From assembly GCA_044229975.1 (NCBI GenBank), contig JBGARZ010000002.1:1-64000 (forward strand): a stretch of DNA of 64,000 bases. Reading direction: 5' to 3'. Source of the stretch: Polyangiales bacterium. GTDB lineage: Bacteria; Myxococcota_A; Polyangia; Polyangiales; Ga0077539. Position numbers and translations under genes: made by a program. The notes under the pieces are model-generated. The model did not search any database and was not told the origin of the DNA. It saw nothing but the letters and a program-made list of their open reading frames with translations. Shown here piece by piece: positions 40,232 to 49,684 of this stretch (the stretch's first letter is position 1; every line of letters begins with the position of its first letter).

Positions 40232-41178
40232 GCCACCCCTACCTCGTTCGCCGCGACCGATGCCCGGCGTGCACCAGCGATCAGCACAAGACGCTCTTCG
40301 AGTGCGGGCTCACCGCGTCGCCCATCCGCGAGCACCTCGTCTCCCTCTACGAGCCGCAGGGAATGATCGAGCTCCAGTACCTGGAGGGCGGTGACTTCCG
40401 CCTTCAGGAGTGCCTCGTGTGCGGGCTGCTCTACCACCAGGACGTCCCCGGCGACGCCCTGATGGAGCGCCTCTACGAGCACTGGATCGACCCCGTCCGC
40501 GCCCAGGCGCAGCACGACGCCCACGTCACGATGGACACGCGGATGATGTTCATCCGGGAGATCGTGTTGGCAATGGAGGTGGTCGAGCGACCGTCGCCGA
40601 AGCTGCGCGCCTTCGACTTCGGCATGGGCTGGGGCGACTGGTGCCTCATGGCGCGGGCCTTCGGCTGTGAGGTCTCGGGCAACGAGCGCTCACCCAGCCG
40701 ACTCGCGCGCGCGAAGGCCAACGGCATCGAGGTGGTTCCGTGGGAGGACATCCCCGCGCGCAGCTTCGACCTCATCAACTGCGACCAGGTGTTGGAGCAC
40801 GTCGTCGATCCCCTCGACACGCTCACCTACGTCGCGAAGGCGCTCGCGCCCGGCGGGCTCTTGAAGGTCAGCGTGCCCAACGGCGCGGACATCCACCAGC
40901 GGCTCGCGCGCGCCAACTGGATGGCGCCCGAAGGGTCGGCCGACTCGCTGCTGTCGGTGACGCCGCTCCAGCACATCAACTGCTTCCGGCACGACTCGCT
41001 CGTGGCAATGGCGCGTCGCGCGGGGCTGCGTCCCGCGGAGATTCCGATCGCCAAGCAGATGGCCAGCACGGTCGACCGCTTCACGCCGTCGCAGCTCCTC
41101 AACGGGCTCACCCGACCGCTCGGCCGACGCCTCCTCACGCGCGACACCTACCTCTTCCTCGAACACGCGAAGGACTGA
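40228..41178 (+). CDS. Class I SAM methyltransferase with Zn ribbon
   Basis: CPAC…CLVCG, FDFGMGWG, FDLINCDQVLEH, VSVPN. Confidence 0.9.
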   Translation: MSHPYLVRRDRCPACTSDQHKTLFECGLTASPIREHLVSLYEPQGMIELQYLEGGDFRLQECLVCGLLYHQDVPGDALMERLYEHWIDPVRAQAQHDAHVTMDTRMMFIREIVLAMEVVERPSPKLRAFDFGMGWGDWCLMARAFGCEVSGNERSPSRLARAKANGIEVVPWEDIPARSFDLINCDQVLEHVVDPLDTLTYVAKALAPGGLLKVSVPNGADIHQRLARANWMAPEGSADSLLSVTPLQHINCFRHDSLVAMARRAGLRPAEIPIAKQMASTVDRFTPSQLLNGLTRPLGRRLLTRDTYLFLEHAKD

Positions 41179-41184
41179 CGCGCC

Positions 41185-43059
41185 ATGTGTGGCATCGCGG
41201 GCTTCCTGGCCGACGACGGGAGCGCGGGGGTTCATCCCGACGACGAAGCCGCGGTGAAGCGGATGCTCGACGCCATCGCCCACCGCGGACCTGACGCCGA
41301 GGGGCTGTGGCGCGGCGACGGCGTGGTGCTCGGCCACCGACGATTGTCCATCATCGATCTCAGCGTCGAGGGCAACCAGCCCATGGGCAACGAGGACGGC
41401 GCCGTGATGGCCGTCGTCAACGGCGAGATCTACGACTACGCGCCGCTCCGCGACGAGCTCACTTCGAAGGGGCACACCTTCCGCTCGCGCTCCGACAGCG
41501 AGGTGGTGCTGCACCTGTGGGAAGATCGCGGCGAGGCCCTCGTCCACGCCATCCACGGGATGTTTGCGTTTGCGCTCTGGGACGCGCGCCGCCGGGTGCT
41601 GGTGCTCGCCCGCGATCGGAGCGGGAAGAAGCCGCTCTTCTACCGCCGCACCCGCCGCGGATTGGCCTTCGCCTCCGAGCTCCACGCGCTCGTGCGCGCC
41701 TTCCCCGACGAGCGTCCGGGCGTCGACCTCGCGGCCGTCGACGAGTACCTCTCGCTCCAGTACGTCCCCGCGCCGCGCACCGTCTATCAAGGCATCTACA
41801 AGCTCCCCGCGGCGACCTACGCGGTCATCGCGCCGGGCGAGTTGCCCGCGCCGAAGACCTACTGGCGCCGACCGTGCAGCGAGACCACGACGGGCACCGA
41901 GGACGACCTCGCGCGCGAGCTCCGCGGCCTGCTCGACGGCGCCGTGCGACGGAGGCTGGTGGCCGACGTGCCGCTCGGTGCCTTCCTCTCGGGCGGCATC
42001 GACAGCTCGGTGGTGGTCGCGCTCATGGCGGGCGCCACCACGCGGCCGGTGAAGACCTTCTCCATCGGCTTCCCCGACGCCGACGACAGCGAGTTGCGGT
42101 ACGCGCGTCTCGTCGCCACCCGCTACGCAACCGACCACCACGAGCTGGTCGTCGCCCCCGAGATGACCACCGTGCTGCGCGAGATCGTCGAGCACCACGG
42201 CGAGCCCTTCGGCGACAGCAGCGCCGTCGCAACCTGGTACCTGGCGCGCATGACCCGCGAGCACGTCACCGTGTCCCTCTCGGGCGATGCGAGCGACGAG
42301 AGCTTCGCCGGGTACAAGCGCTACAACCCGGCCCGCGTTGCGGGCGCCTTCGATCACCTGCCAGCGGCGGTGGGGCCGACGGTCGCGCGCACCATCGAGC
42401 GCGCGGGGCGCTTCATCCACCCCGACGTGGTCCATCTCGCGCGAGCGCTTGGTGATGGCGAAGCGGGTCGCTACCTCGCGCTGCTCGGTCACTTCACCGC
42501 CGACGACAAGCGGCGCCTCTACGGCCCGGCGATGGGCGCGGTCGACCCGTCGTCCACGCGTCGTCGCTTCGAGTCGCTGCTCGCGGCGAGCCCGGCGCCC
42601 GATGCGCTGCGCCGCCTGCTCGACCTCGACTTCCAGACCTACCTCTCCGACGACATCAACGCGAAGGTCGACATCGCCGCGATGTCCCACGCGCTGGAGG
42701 TGCGCTGCCCCTTCCTCGACACCGCCGTCGTGGAGTTCGCCGCGCGGCTGCCGAGCTCGATGCAGCTCCGCTGGCAGGGCAAGCGCCTCCTGCGTCGCGC
42801 GGTGGGCGACCTCGTCCCCCGCGAGATTCTCCACCGCAGCAAGCGCGGCTTCGGCCTGCCGCTCGGACGCTGGATGTCGCGCGACCTCGGGCCCATGGCG
42901 CGCGACCTGCTGCTCGACGACACGGCCCGCAACCGCGGTGTGCTCGACCCCACGGCGGTGAGGGCGCTCTTCGCCGACCTCGACGCGGGTCGCGGCGGCG
43001 CCGATCGGCTCTGGACGCTGCTGGTGTTGGAGACGTGGTTCCGCGCCTTCGCGGATTGA
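41185..43059 (+). CDS. asnB: Asparagine synthase-like amidotransferase, copy 2
   Basis: MCGIAG, HRGPD, NGEIY, LSGGIDSS, EVRCPFLD. Confidence 0.95.
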   Translation: MCGIAGFLADDGSAGVHPDDEAAVKRMLDAIAHRGPDAEGLWRGDGVVLGHRRLSIIDLSVEGNQPMGNEDGAVMAVVNGEIYDYAPLRDELTSKGHTFRSRSDSEVVLHLWEDRGEALVHAIHGMFAFALWDARRRVLVLARDRSGKKPLFYRRTRRGLAFASELHALVRAFPDERPGVDLAAVDEYLSLQYVPAPRTVYQGIYKLPAATYAVIAPGELPAPKTYWRRPCSETTTGTEDDLARELRGLLDGAVRRRLVADVPLGAFLSGGIDSSVVVALMAGATTRPVKTFSIGFPDADDSELRYARLVATRYATDHHELVVAPEMTTVLREIVEHHGEPFGDSSAVATWYLARMTREHVTVSLSGDASDESFAGYKRYNPARVAGAFDHLPAAVGPTVARTIERAGRFIHPDVVHLARALGDGEAGRYLALLGHFTADDKRRLYGPAMGAVDPSSTRRRFESLLAASPAPDALRRLLDLDFQTYLSDDINAKVDIAAMSHALEVRCPFLDTAVVEFAARLPSSMQLRWQGKRLLRRAVGDLVPREILHRSKRGFGLPLGRWMSRDLGPMARDLLLDDTARNRGVLDPTAVRALFADLDAGRGGADRLWTLLVLETWFRAFAD

Positions 43060-43068
43060 GTTCGGCGA

Positions 43069-44421
43069 CTACGGGGCGTGCAGGGCGGGTTGGCGGTGCA
43101 GCCAGTCGGCGAGGAGCCGGTTGCCGGCTGGACTGAAGTGCGGATCGGACGGCTGCCGCGGCACGAACCAGGCGTCGTCACCAGTGCGCCGCACGGCATC
43201 GGCGAAGAGGTCCCATGAGTCGACGATGGGCACGTCGAGCGCTTCGGCCGTACGACGCATTCGCTGGTGATCGTTCCGACCCGCGGCCGCCTCAGGGCTG
43301 TTTCCCGCCAGCGCGCTGCGCAGCGGGAGGATCGACACCACGAGCCGCGAGCGTCGCGCGGCGAGCTCATCGCGGAGCGCGCGGAGGATGGCGCCGAGCT
43401 GACGGTCGGCGTCGCCGGGCGTGGGCATCGTCCGCGTCGTGTGACGGGTGATCGCATCGGCGAGGTGCGCGGACAGCATCGAGACACTCCCGGTGGTGCG
43501 GAGCACGTACGGAGCCGGGCTGCTCTCGACATAGTGGCGAAACGGCGCGACCGACCGATCGAGCGCGCGCGGTTGCGGGCAACGCAACGTCGGCGCGTGG
43601 CCGCGTGGGTACGCGAGCAATGCTCCCGACGCGCAGCATGTGTACGGCGTGCCGAGATCCCGGAGGTCGTTGCCGACGAAGAGATGGAACACCACGACGT
43701 CCGGCGTCATGACCCGGAGCCAGCCCTGCGTCACCGCGTAGTAGGCGTCGGGCCCGACGCCCGGAACGCCTGCGTTGATGTGCTCCACCTCTGGCTCCTG
43801 CTGCGCCAGTTGCTCGGGAAAGGCCTCCCCGCGGTCAACGCTCGCGCCGTACACCATCGAATCGCCGACGTGCAGCACGATGCGGTGAACACCCGGTCGC
43901 CGCGAGATCGCGTGCGGAAACTGCGTCGGATAGGCGAGCTGCGGGTTGGTCGGCCAGGCGTCGCCGTAGATCGCATGACAGGCGGTCTCGCTGGGTCGGC
44001 CGATGGCGCGGTGAGCCTCTCCGCTCGGGGCCTGGTCTCGCGACGGGAGCATCAGGCGCGCAAACCGTGGGGGAGGCAGGGCGGGCGGCGGCTGCACGAA
44101 CCGACGGACGGCGGCCTCTCCGCCGACGAGCGAGACCCCCGTCGAGACGATCACCAGCGCGACCCCGGCGCGACGTGGACGCCCGGCGACGTAGCCGACG
44201 CACAGACCCAACCCCAGCAGTCCCCCGTGCACCAAGGCGTCGGGCGCACCGACCAGCCAGAACCGATGAGCCACCCACAGACACGCGGCCGGCGGCACCG
44301 CCAGGAGGAGCGCCGCCGCGAGCCGTCGTCGACCGAAACGACGGCTGAGCTGCCATCCGCCGAACATCCCGCCGAGCAGCATGACGAGACAGAGCGCGAG
44401 CGCGACGCCGACCTGAATCAC
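43069..44421 (-). CDS. Membrane-anchored SGNH/GDSL hydrolase
   Basis: N-terminal TM helices, GDSM, NAGVPG, GND, DPHFS. Confidence 0.85.
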   Translation of the reverse strand: MIQVGVALALCLVMLLGGMFGGWQLSRRFGRRRLAAALLLAVPPAACLWVAHRFWLVGAPDALVHGGLLGLGLCVGYVAGRPRRAGVALVIVSTGVSLVGGEAAVRRFVQPPPALPPPRFARLMLPSRDQAPSGEAHRAIGRPSETACHAIYGDAWPTNPQLAYPTQFPHAISRRPGVHRIVLHVGDSMVYGASVDRGEAFPEQLAQQEPEVEHINAGVPGVGPDAYYAVTQGWLRVMTPDVVVFHLFVGNDLRDLGTPYTCCASGALLAYPRGHAPTLRCPQPRALDRSVAPFRHYVESSPAPYVLRTTGSVSMLSAHLADAITRHTTRTMPTPGDADRQLGAILRALRDELAARRSRLVVSILPLRSALAGNSPEAAAGRNDHQRMRRTAEALDVPIVDSWDLFADAVRRTGDDAWFVPRQPSDPHFSPAGNRLLADWLHRQPALHAP

Positions 44422-44606
44422 GCTCCCACCGCTCTCCGCCGACCGCGGAGCCTGACCCCCTGCGCTGATGCTTCCACGGCCCGAGCGTGGTGACCCATGG
44501 TCCGCGATCGTCGCACATCGAAGGCCGGGTTCAGCAACCAGCGTCCCACCGGGCAATCCATGCGAACGCGCTTGTTTTCGGCCGCGTCGCGTGGTTCATC
44601 CGAAAG

Positions 44607-44864
44607 ATGCACATCTTCGAGTGTCACCTGGCGGCGGGCAGCGATCCGGAGACCCTTCTTTCGGAGGAGACGCTCCGGGAGACCGGCGCGCAGGTGATGA
44701 CCCCCGACGAGGCGCGGGCCGTCGGCTTCGCGCGCATCGCCGACGCGAAGGACGGTGGCGACGTGCGCCTGGTGGCCGTCGCGGCCCGCGACGCCCAGTG
44801 GATCCACCGGGTGATGGAGCGATCGCCCATCGTGACGAGCTACAGGGTCCACGAGGTCGGGTGA
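44607..44864 (+). CDS. Small hypothetical protein
   Basis: 85 aa; GTGA-coupled to alr. Confidence 0.65.
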   Translation: MHIFECHLAAGSDPETLLSEETLRETGAQVMTPDEARAVGFARIADAKDGGDVRLVAVAARDAQWIHRVMERSPIVTSYRVHEVG

Positions 44865-46060
44865 GCCACGAAGGGGACGCGCTGCGGGTGGTGGTGTCCT
44901 CCCGCGCCGAGGCCGACGGTGCGCTGCGTCCGACGCGGGCCGAGGTCCACCTCGAAGCCATCGCCCACAACCTCGGAGTGGTGCGCGCCCTCATGGCCGA
45001 AGACCGCGCGACGCCGCCGCGGGCGTTCGCCGTGGTGAAGGCCGACGCCTACGGACACGGGGTCATTCCGGTGGCCCGCGCGCTGGAGTCCGCAGGCGTC
45101 GACGGCCTCTGCGTCGCACTCGTGGAGGAGGGCATCGAGCTGCGCGACGCGGGCGTGGCGCTGCCCATCCTGGTGATGTCGGGGCTCTACGGTGACGGCC
45201 TCGGGGCGGCGCTCGACGCGCGTCTGACGCCGGTGATCCACGAGGCGTCGCAGTTGAAGGCGCTGCGTTCGGCGCGCTCCCATGCGCCGGTGCGGGTGCA
45301 CGTGAAGGTCGACACCGGCATGGGCCGCCTGGGCATCACGCTCGACGCGCTGCCCGCCTTCCTCGACGCGCTCGCGGCCATGCGGCACGTCGTGGTCGAG
45401 GGGCTGATGACCCACTTCGCCAACGCCGACTGCGACGACCCGAGCTTCACCACGACGCAGCTCCACCGCTTCGAGGAAGCCCGCGTGATGTGCGAGCGCG
45501 TCGGCATCCACCCCGAGGTCGTTCACGCCGCGGCGAGCGCCGGTGCGTTTCGCTTCCCCGAGACGCGGCTCGATCAGGTGCGCGTCGGCATCGCCATGTA
45601 CGGCGTCGCTCCCTTTCCCCACGCGGCGCCCGGCTTGCTCCCGGCGATGCGTCTGCGCACCGAGGTCATCGCGCTACGCGAGCTTCCCGCGGGCTCGCCC
45701 ATCGGGTACGGCGGGGCGTACCGAACGGGTCGCCCGTCGGTCATCGCGACGCTGCCGGTGGGCTACGCCGACGGCTTCTTCCGTCGTCTCTCGTCCGAGG
45801 CCGAGGTGCTCATCCAGGGTCGGCGCTGCCGGGTGGTCGGCAACGTGTCGATGGACATGACCACCGTCGACGTGACCGAGCTGTCGCGCGCCGTGGGCGT
45901 CGCCGTGGGCGACGAGGCCGTGCTGCTGGGCTCGCAGCGCGGCGCCGCGGGCTTCGACGTCATCCGCGCCGAGGAGATCGCCCAGCGCGTCGGAACCATC
46001 CCCTACGAGGTGCTCACCGCCGTGTCGCGGCGGGTGCCCCGCTTCTACCGCGACCGATGA
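44861..46060 (+). CDS. alr: Alanine racemase
   Basis: AVVKADAYGHG, VKVDTGMGRLG, THFANAD, GYADG, VSMD, TIPYE. Confidence 0.97.
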   Translation: MSHEGDALRVVVSSRAEADGALRPTRAEVHLEAIAHNLGVVRALMAEDRATPPRAFAVVKADAYGHGVIPVARALESAGVDGLCVALVEEGIELRDAGVALPILVMSGLYGDGLGAALDARLTPVIHEASQLKALRSARSHAPVRVHVKVDTGMGRLGITLDALPAFLDALAAMRHVVVEGLMTHFANADCDDPSFTTTQLHRFEEARVMCERVGIHPEVVHAAASAGAFRFPETRLDQVRVGIAMYGVAPFPHAAPGLLPAMRLRTEVIALRELPAGSPIGYGGAYRTGRPSVIATLPVGYADGFFRRLSSEAEVLIQGRRCRVVGNVSMDMTTVDVTELSRAVGVAVGDEAVLLGSQRGAAGFDVIRAEEIAQRVGTIPYEVLTAVSRRVPRFYRDR

Positions 46061-46857
46061 GCGACCCCGAGACGCCGCCCAGGCCCGGCCTGCTGGCCAC
46101 CGTGTTTGGCCCCGTGAAGAGGGTGCTTGAAGAGGCCGGCATGCTCGCCGACATGGCCTTCCAGGCGCTGGTCTGGGGCGTCCGGCCGCCGTACCGCATC
46201 TCGCTGGTGGTGGCGCAGATGGAGTTCGTCGGGGTGCAGTCCATCTTCCTCGTCGGGCTCGTCGGGCTCTTCACGGGGATGGTCTTCGCGGTGCAGACCA
46301 TCTACGGCTTCCGCCGCTTCGGCGCCGAGAACATGGTCGGCGGCGTCGTGGCCCTCACGCTCTCGCGCGAGATGGCGCCGGTGCTCACGGCCATCATGGT
46401 GTCGGCGCGCGCGGGCTCCGGCATCGCCGCCGAGCTCGGCAACATGCGCTCGTCCGAGCAGATCGACGCGCTCGAGACCATGGCCGTCAACCCGGTGCAG
46501 TACCTCGTGGTGCCGCGGATGCTTGCCGGCGTGGTGATGGTCCCGGTGCTCGCGCTCATCTTCTTCCTGGTGGGCCTCGGCGGCTCCTGGGTCGTCGGCG
46601 TGTGGGGCCTCGCGCTCGACCCGGGCATCTTCGCCGACCGCATCAAGACGATGCTCCAGCCGTCGGACATCACGCAGGGGCTCATCAAGGCGCTGGTGTT
46701 TGGCTTCGCGGTGACGCTCATCGCCTGCCGCCACGGCTACTACGCCTCGGGCGGCGCGGTGGGCGTCGGGCAGGCGACGACGCGCGCGGTGGTCTGGGGC
46801 GTCGTCGGGGTCTTCGTGCTCGACTACATCATCACCTCGATGCTGACGCAGGTCTGA
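46057..46857 (+). CDS. mlaE: MlaE-family ABC permease
   Basis: REMAPVLTA, AELGNM..SEQIDALE..AVNP. Confidence 0.93.
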   Translation: MSDPETPPRPGLLATVFGPVKRVLEEAGMLADMAFQALVWGVRPPYRISLVVAQMEFVGVQSIFLVGLVGLFTGMVFAVQTIYGFRRFGAENMVGGVVALTLSREMAPVLTAIMVSARAGSGIAAELGNMRSSEQIDALETMAVNPVQYLVVPRMLAGVVMVPVLALIFFLVGLGGSWVVGVWGLALDPGIFADRIKTMLQPSDITQGLIKALVFGFAVTLIACRHGYYASGGAVGVGQATTRAVVWGVVGVFVLDYIITSMLTQV

Positions 46858-46876
46858 CGTGGGCGAAGCCATCGCG

Positions 46877-47722
46877 ATGACGCCGGGGCAGAGCGACGCG
46901 CATGTGGTCGTCGAAGGCCTCGTGAAGATCTACGGCGACCGCACCATCCTGCACGGCGTCGACATGACCATCGGCCGCGCCGAGACGCTGGTGGTGATCG
47001 GCGGATCGGGCGCGGGCAAGAGCACCCTGGTGCGCCACCTCATCGCATTGGAGCGCCCCACGCGCGGGCGCATCGTCATCGACGGGACGGACATCTCGTC
47101 GCTCGACGACCTCCAGCTCGCCAAGGCGCGACGGCGCTTCGGGATGGTGTTCCAGAAGTACGCGCTCTTCGACTCGATGACGGTGTTCGACAACGTGGCC
47201 TTCCCGTTGCGCGAGCAGACCAAGCTCTCGGAGAAGGACATCCGCGAGAAGGCCATGACCAAGCTGAAGGAGCTCGGCGTCGACCACGCGGCCCCGCTCA
47301 CGCCCGCGCAGATCTCGGGCGGCATGGCCAAGCGTGTTGGTATCGCGCGAGCGCTGGTGATGGAGCCTGAGCTGCTCATCTACGACGAGCCGACGAGCGG
47401 CCTCGACCCGGTGACGTCGCGCACCGTCGACGCGCTCATCGAGGAGATGCGCGAGCGCTTCGGCGTGACCTCCGTGGTCATCACCCACGACATGGTGAGC
47501 GCCTTCGACATCGCCGACCGCATCGCGATGCTCATCAAGGGGCGCGTGGTGGCGCAGGGTTCGCCCGCCGAGGTGCTCAAGGTCGACAACGAAGACGTGC
47601 AGCGCTTCATCAAGTCGAGCGGCGTGGACATCGAGCGCTTCCAGGAGCGCGGTGACCGCAAGCCCGCCTCGGAGCTCGCAGCGCGGGCGCGCGCCCGCAA
47701 GGCCGAACGCCCGACCGAGTAG
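46877..47722 (+). CDS. mlaF: MlaF-family ABC ATPase
   Basis: GGSGAGKS, ALFDSMTVFDNVAFPL, ISGGM, DEPTSGLDP. Confidence 0.92.
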   Translation: MTPGQSDAHVVVEGLVKIYGDRTILHGVDMTIGRAETLVVIGGSGAGKSTLVRHLIALERPTRGRIVIDGTDISSLDDLQLAKARRRFGMVFQKYALFDSMTVFDNVAFPLREQTKLSEKDIREKAMTKLKELGVDHAAPLTPAQISGGMAKRVGIARALVMEPELLIYDEPTSGLDPVTSRTVDALIEEMRERFGVTSVVITHDMVSAFDIADRIAMLIKGRVVAQGSPAEVLKVDNEDVQRFIKSSGVDIERFQERGDRKPASELAARARARKAERPTE

Positions 47723-47832
47723 GCGCAAACGTTGCGGCTCCGCGCGCTTGACGGGCGAGGGGCGCCGGGGACAATCCGCGCCGACGCGCAGCCCTGTGGC
47801 GCTGCGAAGCAACCTTCACGAGGAGAGCGGTG

Positions 47833-49011
47833 ATGTCGAAGTCGGACGTGTTCATCTGTAGTGCGGTGCGTACGCCCATCGGGGCGTTTCAGGGTTCGCT
47901 CGCGGACGTCGCGGCGACGCGCCTCGGTGCGACGGCGGTGAAGGCCGCGCTCGAGCGCGCGAAGGTCGCGCCCGACCAGGTGGGCGAGGTCTACATGGGC
48001 AACGTGCTGACGGCGGGCGAGGGGCAGGCGCCGGCGCGGCAGGCGGCGTTGTACGCGGGCCTCCCGACGGACGTGCCGTGCACGACCGTGGGCAAGGTGT
48101 GCGGCTCGGGGCTCATGGCCGCGGTGCTGGGCGCCAAGAGCATCCTGCTGGGCGACGCCGAGGTGGTGGTCGCGGGCGGCATGGAGAGCATGTCCAACGT
48201 GCCGTACTACCTGCCCACGGCGCGCAAGGGCATGCGGATGGGCAACGCCACCGCCATCGACGGGATGATCCACGACGGCCTGTGGGACCCGTACAAGAAC
48301 TTCCACATGGGCGTTGCGGGCGAGCTCTGCGCGAAGGAGATGTCGTTCAGCCGCGAGGCCCAGGACGCGTTTGCGAAGGAGAGCTACCGACGCGCGCTGG
48401 CGGCGCAGGCCGAGGGCCGCTTCGCCGACGAGATCGTCGGCGTGACCATCGAGGGCCGCAAGGGCTCGGTCACCATCACCGAGGACGAGGAGCCCAGGCG
48501 CGGCGACGCCGACAAGATGGGCTCGCTCAAGCCGGCGTTCGACAAGGCCGGGACCATCACCGCGGCCAACGCGAGCAAGATCAACGACGGCGCCTCGGCG
48601 CTGGTGCTCGCTTCGGGCGACGCGGTGAAGCGGTTGGGTCTGACGCCGCTCGCGCGCATCGTGGGCTACGGCTCGGCGGCGCAGGAGCCCGAGTGGTTCA
48701 CCACGGCACCGTCGAAGGCCATCGCCGTGACGCTGAAGCGGCTCGGGTTGTCGGTGGGCGACATCGACCTCTTCGAGGTCAACGAGGCCTTCGCCGTGGT
48801 GGCGCTCGCGGTCGCGCAGAAGTCCGAGCTCGACCTCGCGAAGGTCAACGTCCACGGCGGCGCGGTTGCTCTCGGTCACCCCATCGGGGCGAGCGGTGCG
48901 CGCATCCTGACGACGCTGGTGCACGCGATGGCGAGCCGCGGCGCGAAGCGTGGCCTGGCGACGCTGTGCATCGGCGGCGGCGAGGCCGTGGCGGTGGTGA
49001 TCGAGCGGTAG
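47833..49011 (+). CDS. Acetyl-CoA acetyltransferase (thiolase)
   Basis: KVCGSG, GGMESMS, NEAFA, GHPIGASG, CIGGG. Confidence 0.96.
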   Translation: MSKSDVFICSAVRTPIGAFQGSLADVAATRLGATAVKAALERAKVAPDQVGEVYMGNVLTAGEGQAPARQAALYAGLPTDVPCTTVGKVCGSGLMAAVLGAKSILLGDAEVVVAGGMESMSNVPYYLPTARKGMRMGNATAIDGMIHDGLWDPYKNFHMGVAGELCAKEMSFSREAQDAFAKESYRRALAAQAEGRFADEIVGVTIEGRKGSVTITEDEEPRRGDADKMGSLKPAFDKAGTITAANASKINDGASALVLASGDAVKRLGLTPLARIVGYGSAAQEPEWFTTAPSKAIAVTLKRLGLSVGDIDLFEVNEAFAVVALAVAQKSELDLAKVNVHGGAVALGHPIGASGARILTTLVHAMASRGAKRGLATLCIGGGEAVAVVIER

Positions 49012-49015
49012 TCCG

Positions 49016-49580
49016 TCAGAAGGCGCCGCCGAGCGCGATGCGCGCCGCGGGAAGGAATCCCGCGACGTCGTAGATCGCGGAGGACGAGCCCGACGAGGCG
49101 TTGACCGAGACCGCGTAGTACCGCGCCCCAATCCCCAGCGAGATCGCGAAGTGGTCGGCGATGAGCCACTGGTAGCCGACCAGCGCGGCGACCCCGAAGC
49201 CCGACCCCGAACCCTCGGCCGACGAGGTCTTGGCGGACACCCACGCAGCAGATACCTCGGGTGAGAGAAACATCCCGCGCGGCGCGTCACCGAACAGGTA
49301 GAAGCGAGCCCCGGCGCTGACGCCGAAACCGAAGACCTCCATGTTCGAGGCGCTCGCCAGAACCCCCTGCGAGAACTGCAACTCCGGCCCGACAAAGACG
49401 CTCACCATCGGGGCGACGGCGCGCTCGTACTCGACGTTGAAGGTCCCACCCAGCACGAGGGCGACGGGGTTGGTGGTGATGACGTTGGGCGGTGACCGTC
49501 GCGCGGGCCCGTCCTGCGCGGCAGCCGCGGTGGGTGCGAGGGCGAGCGCGGTGCATACGGCGAAGAAGGATGTGGCTCAT
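49016..49580 (-). pseudogene. Outer-membrane beta-barrel protein (DUF3575-like) with a frameshift in the signal-peptide region
   Basis: RBS+ATG at 49580 is one base out of frame with …AVCTALALAPTAAAAQD…NPVALVLGGTFNVEYER…GGAF*. Confidence 0.65.
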
Positions 49581-49684
49581 GGGTCTCCCGGTCGGTGAGC
49601 CTACCCGCACTCTGCGACGACTCGGAAGTGCGCGGCGGTGCGGGGGTTGACGTTCGCGTCGCGGGTGGACTACCCGAACCGGCC

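Noticed and set aside
29309..43059. AsnB proteins as lasso-peptide cyclases
   Set aside because: Both retain the N-terminal Cys glutaminase domain; no B1/B2 proteins or precursor seen; context is glycan genes.
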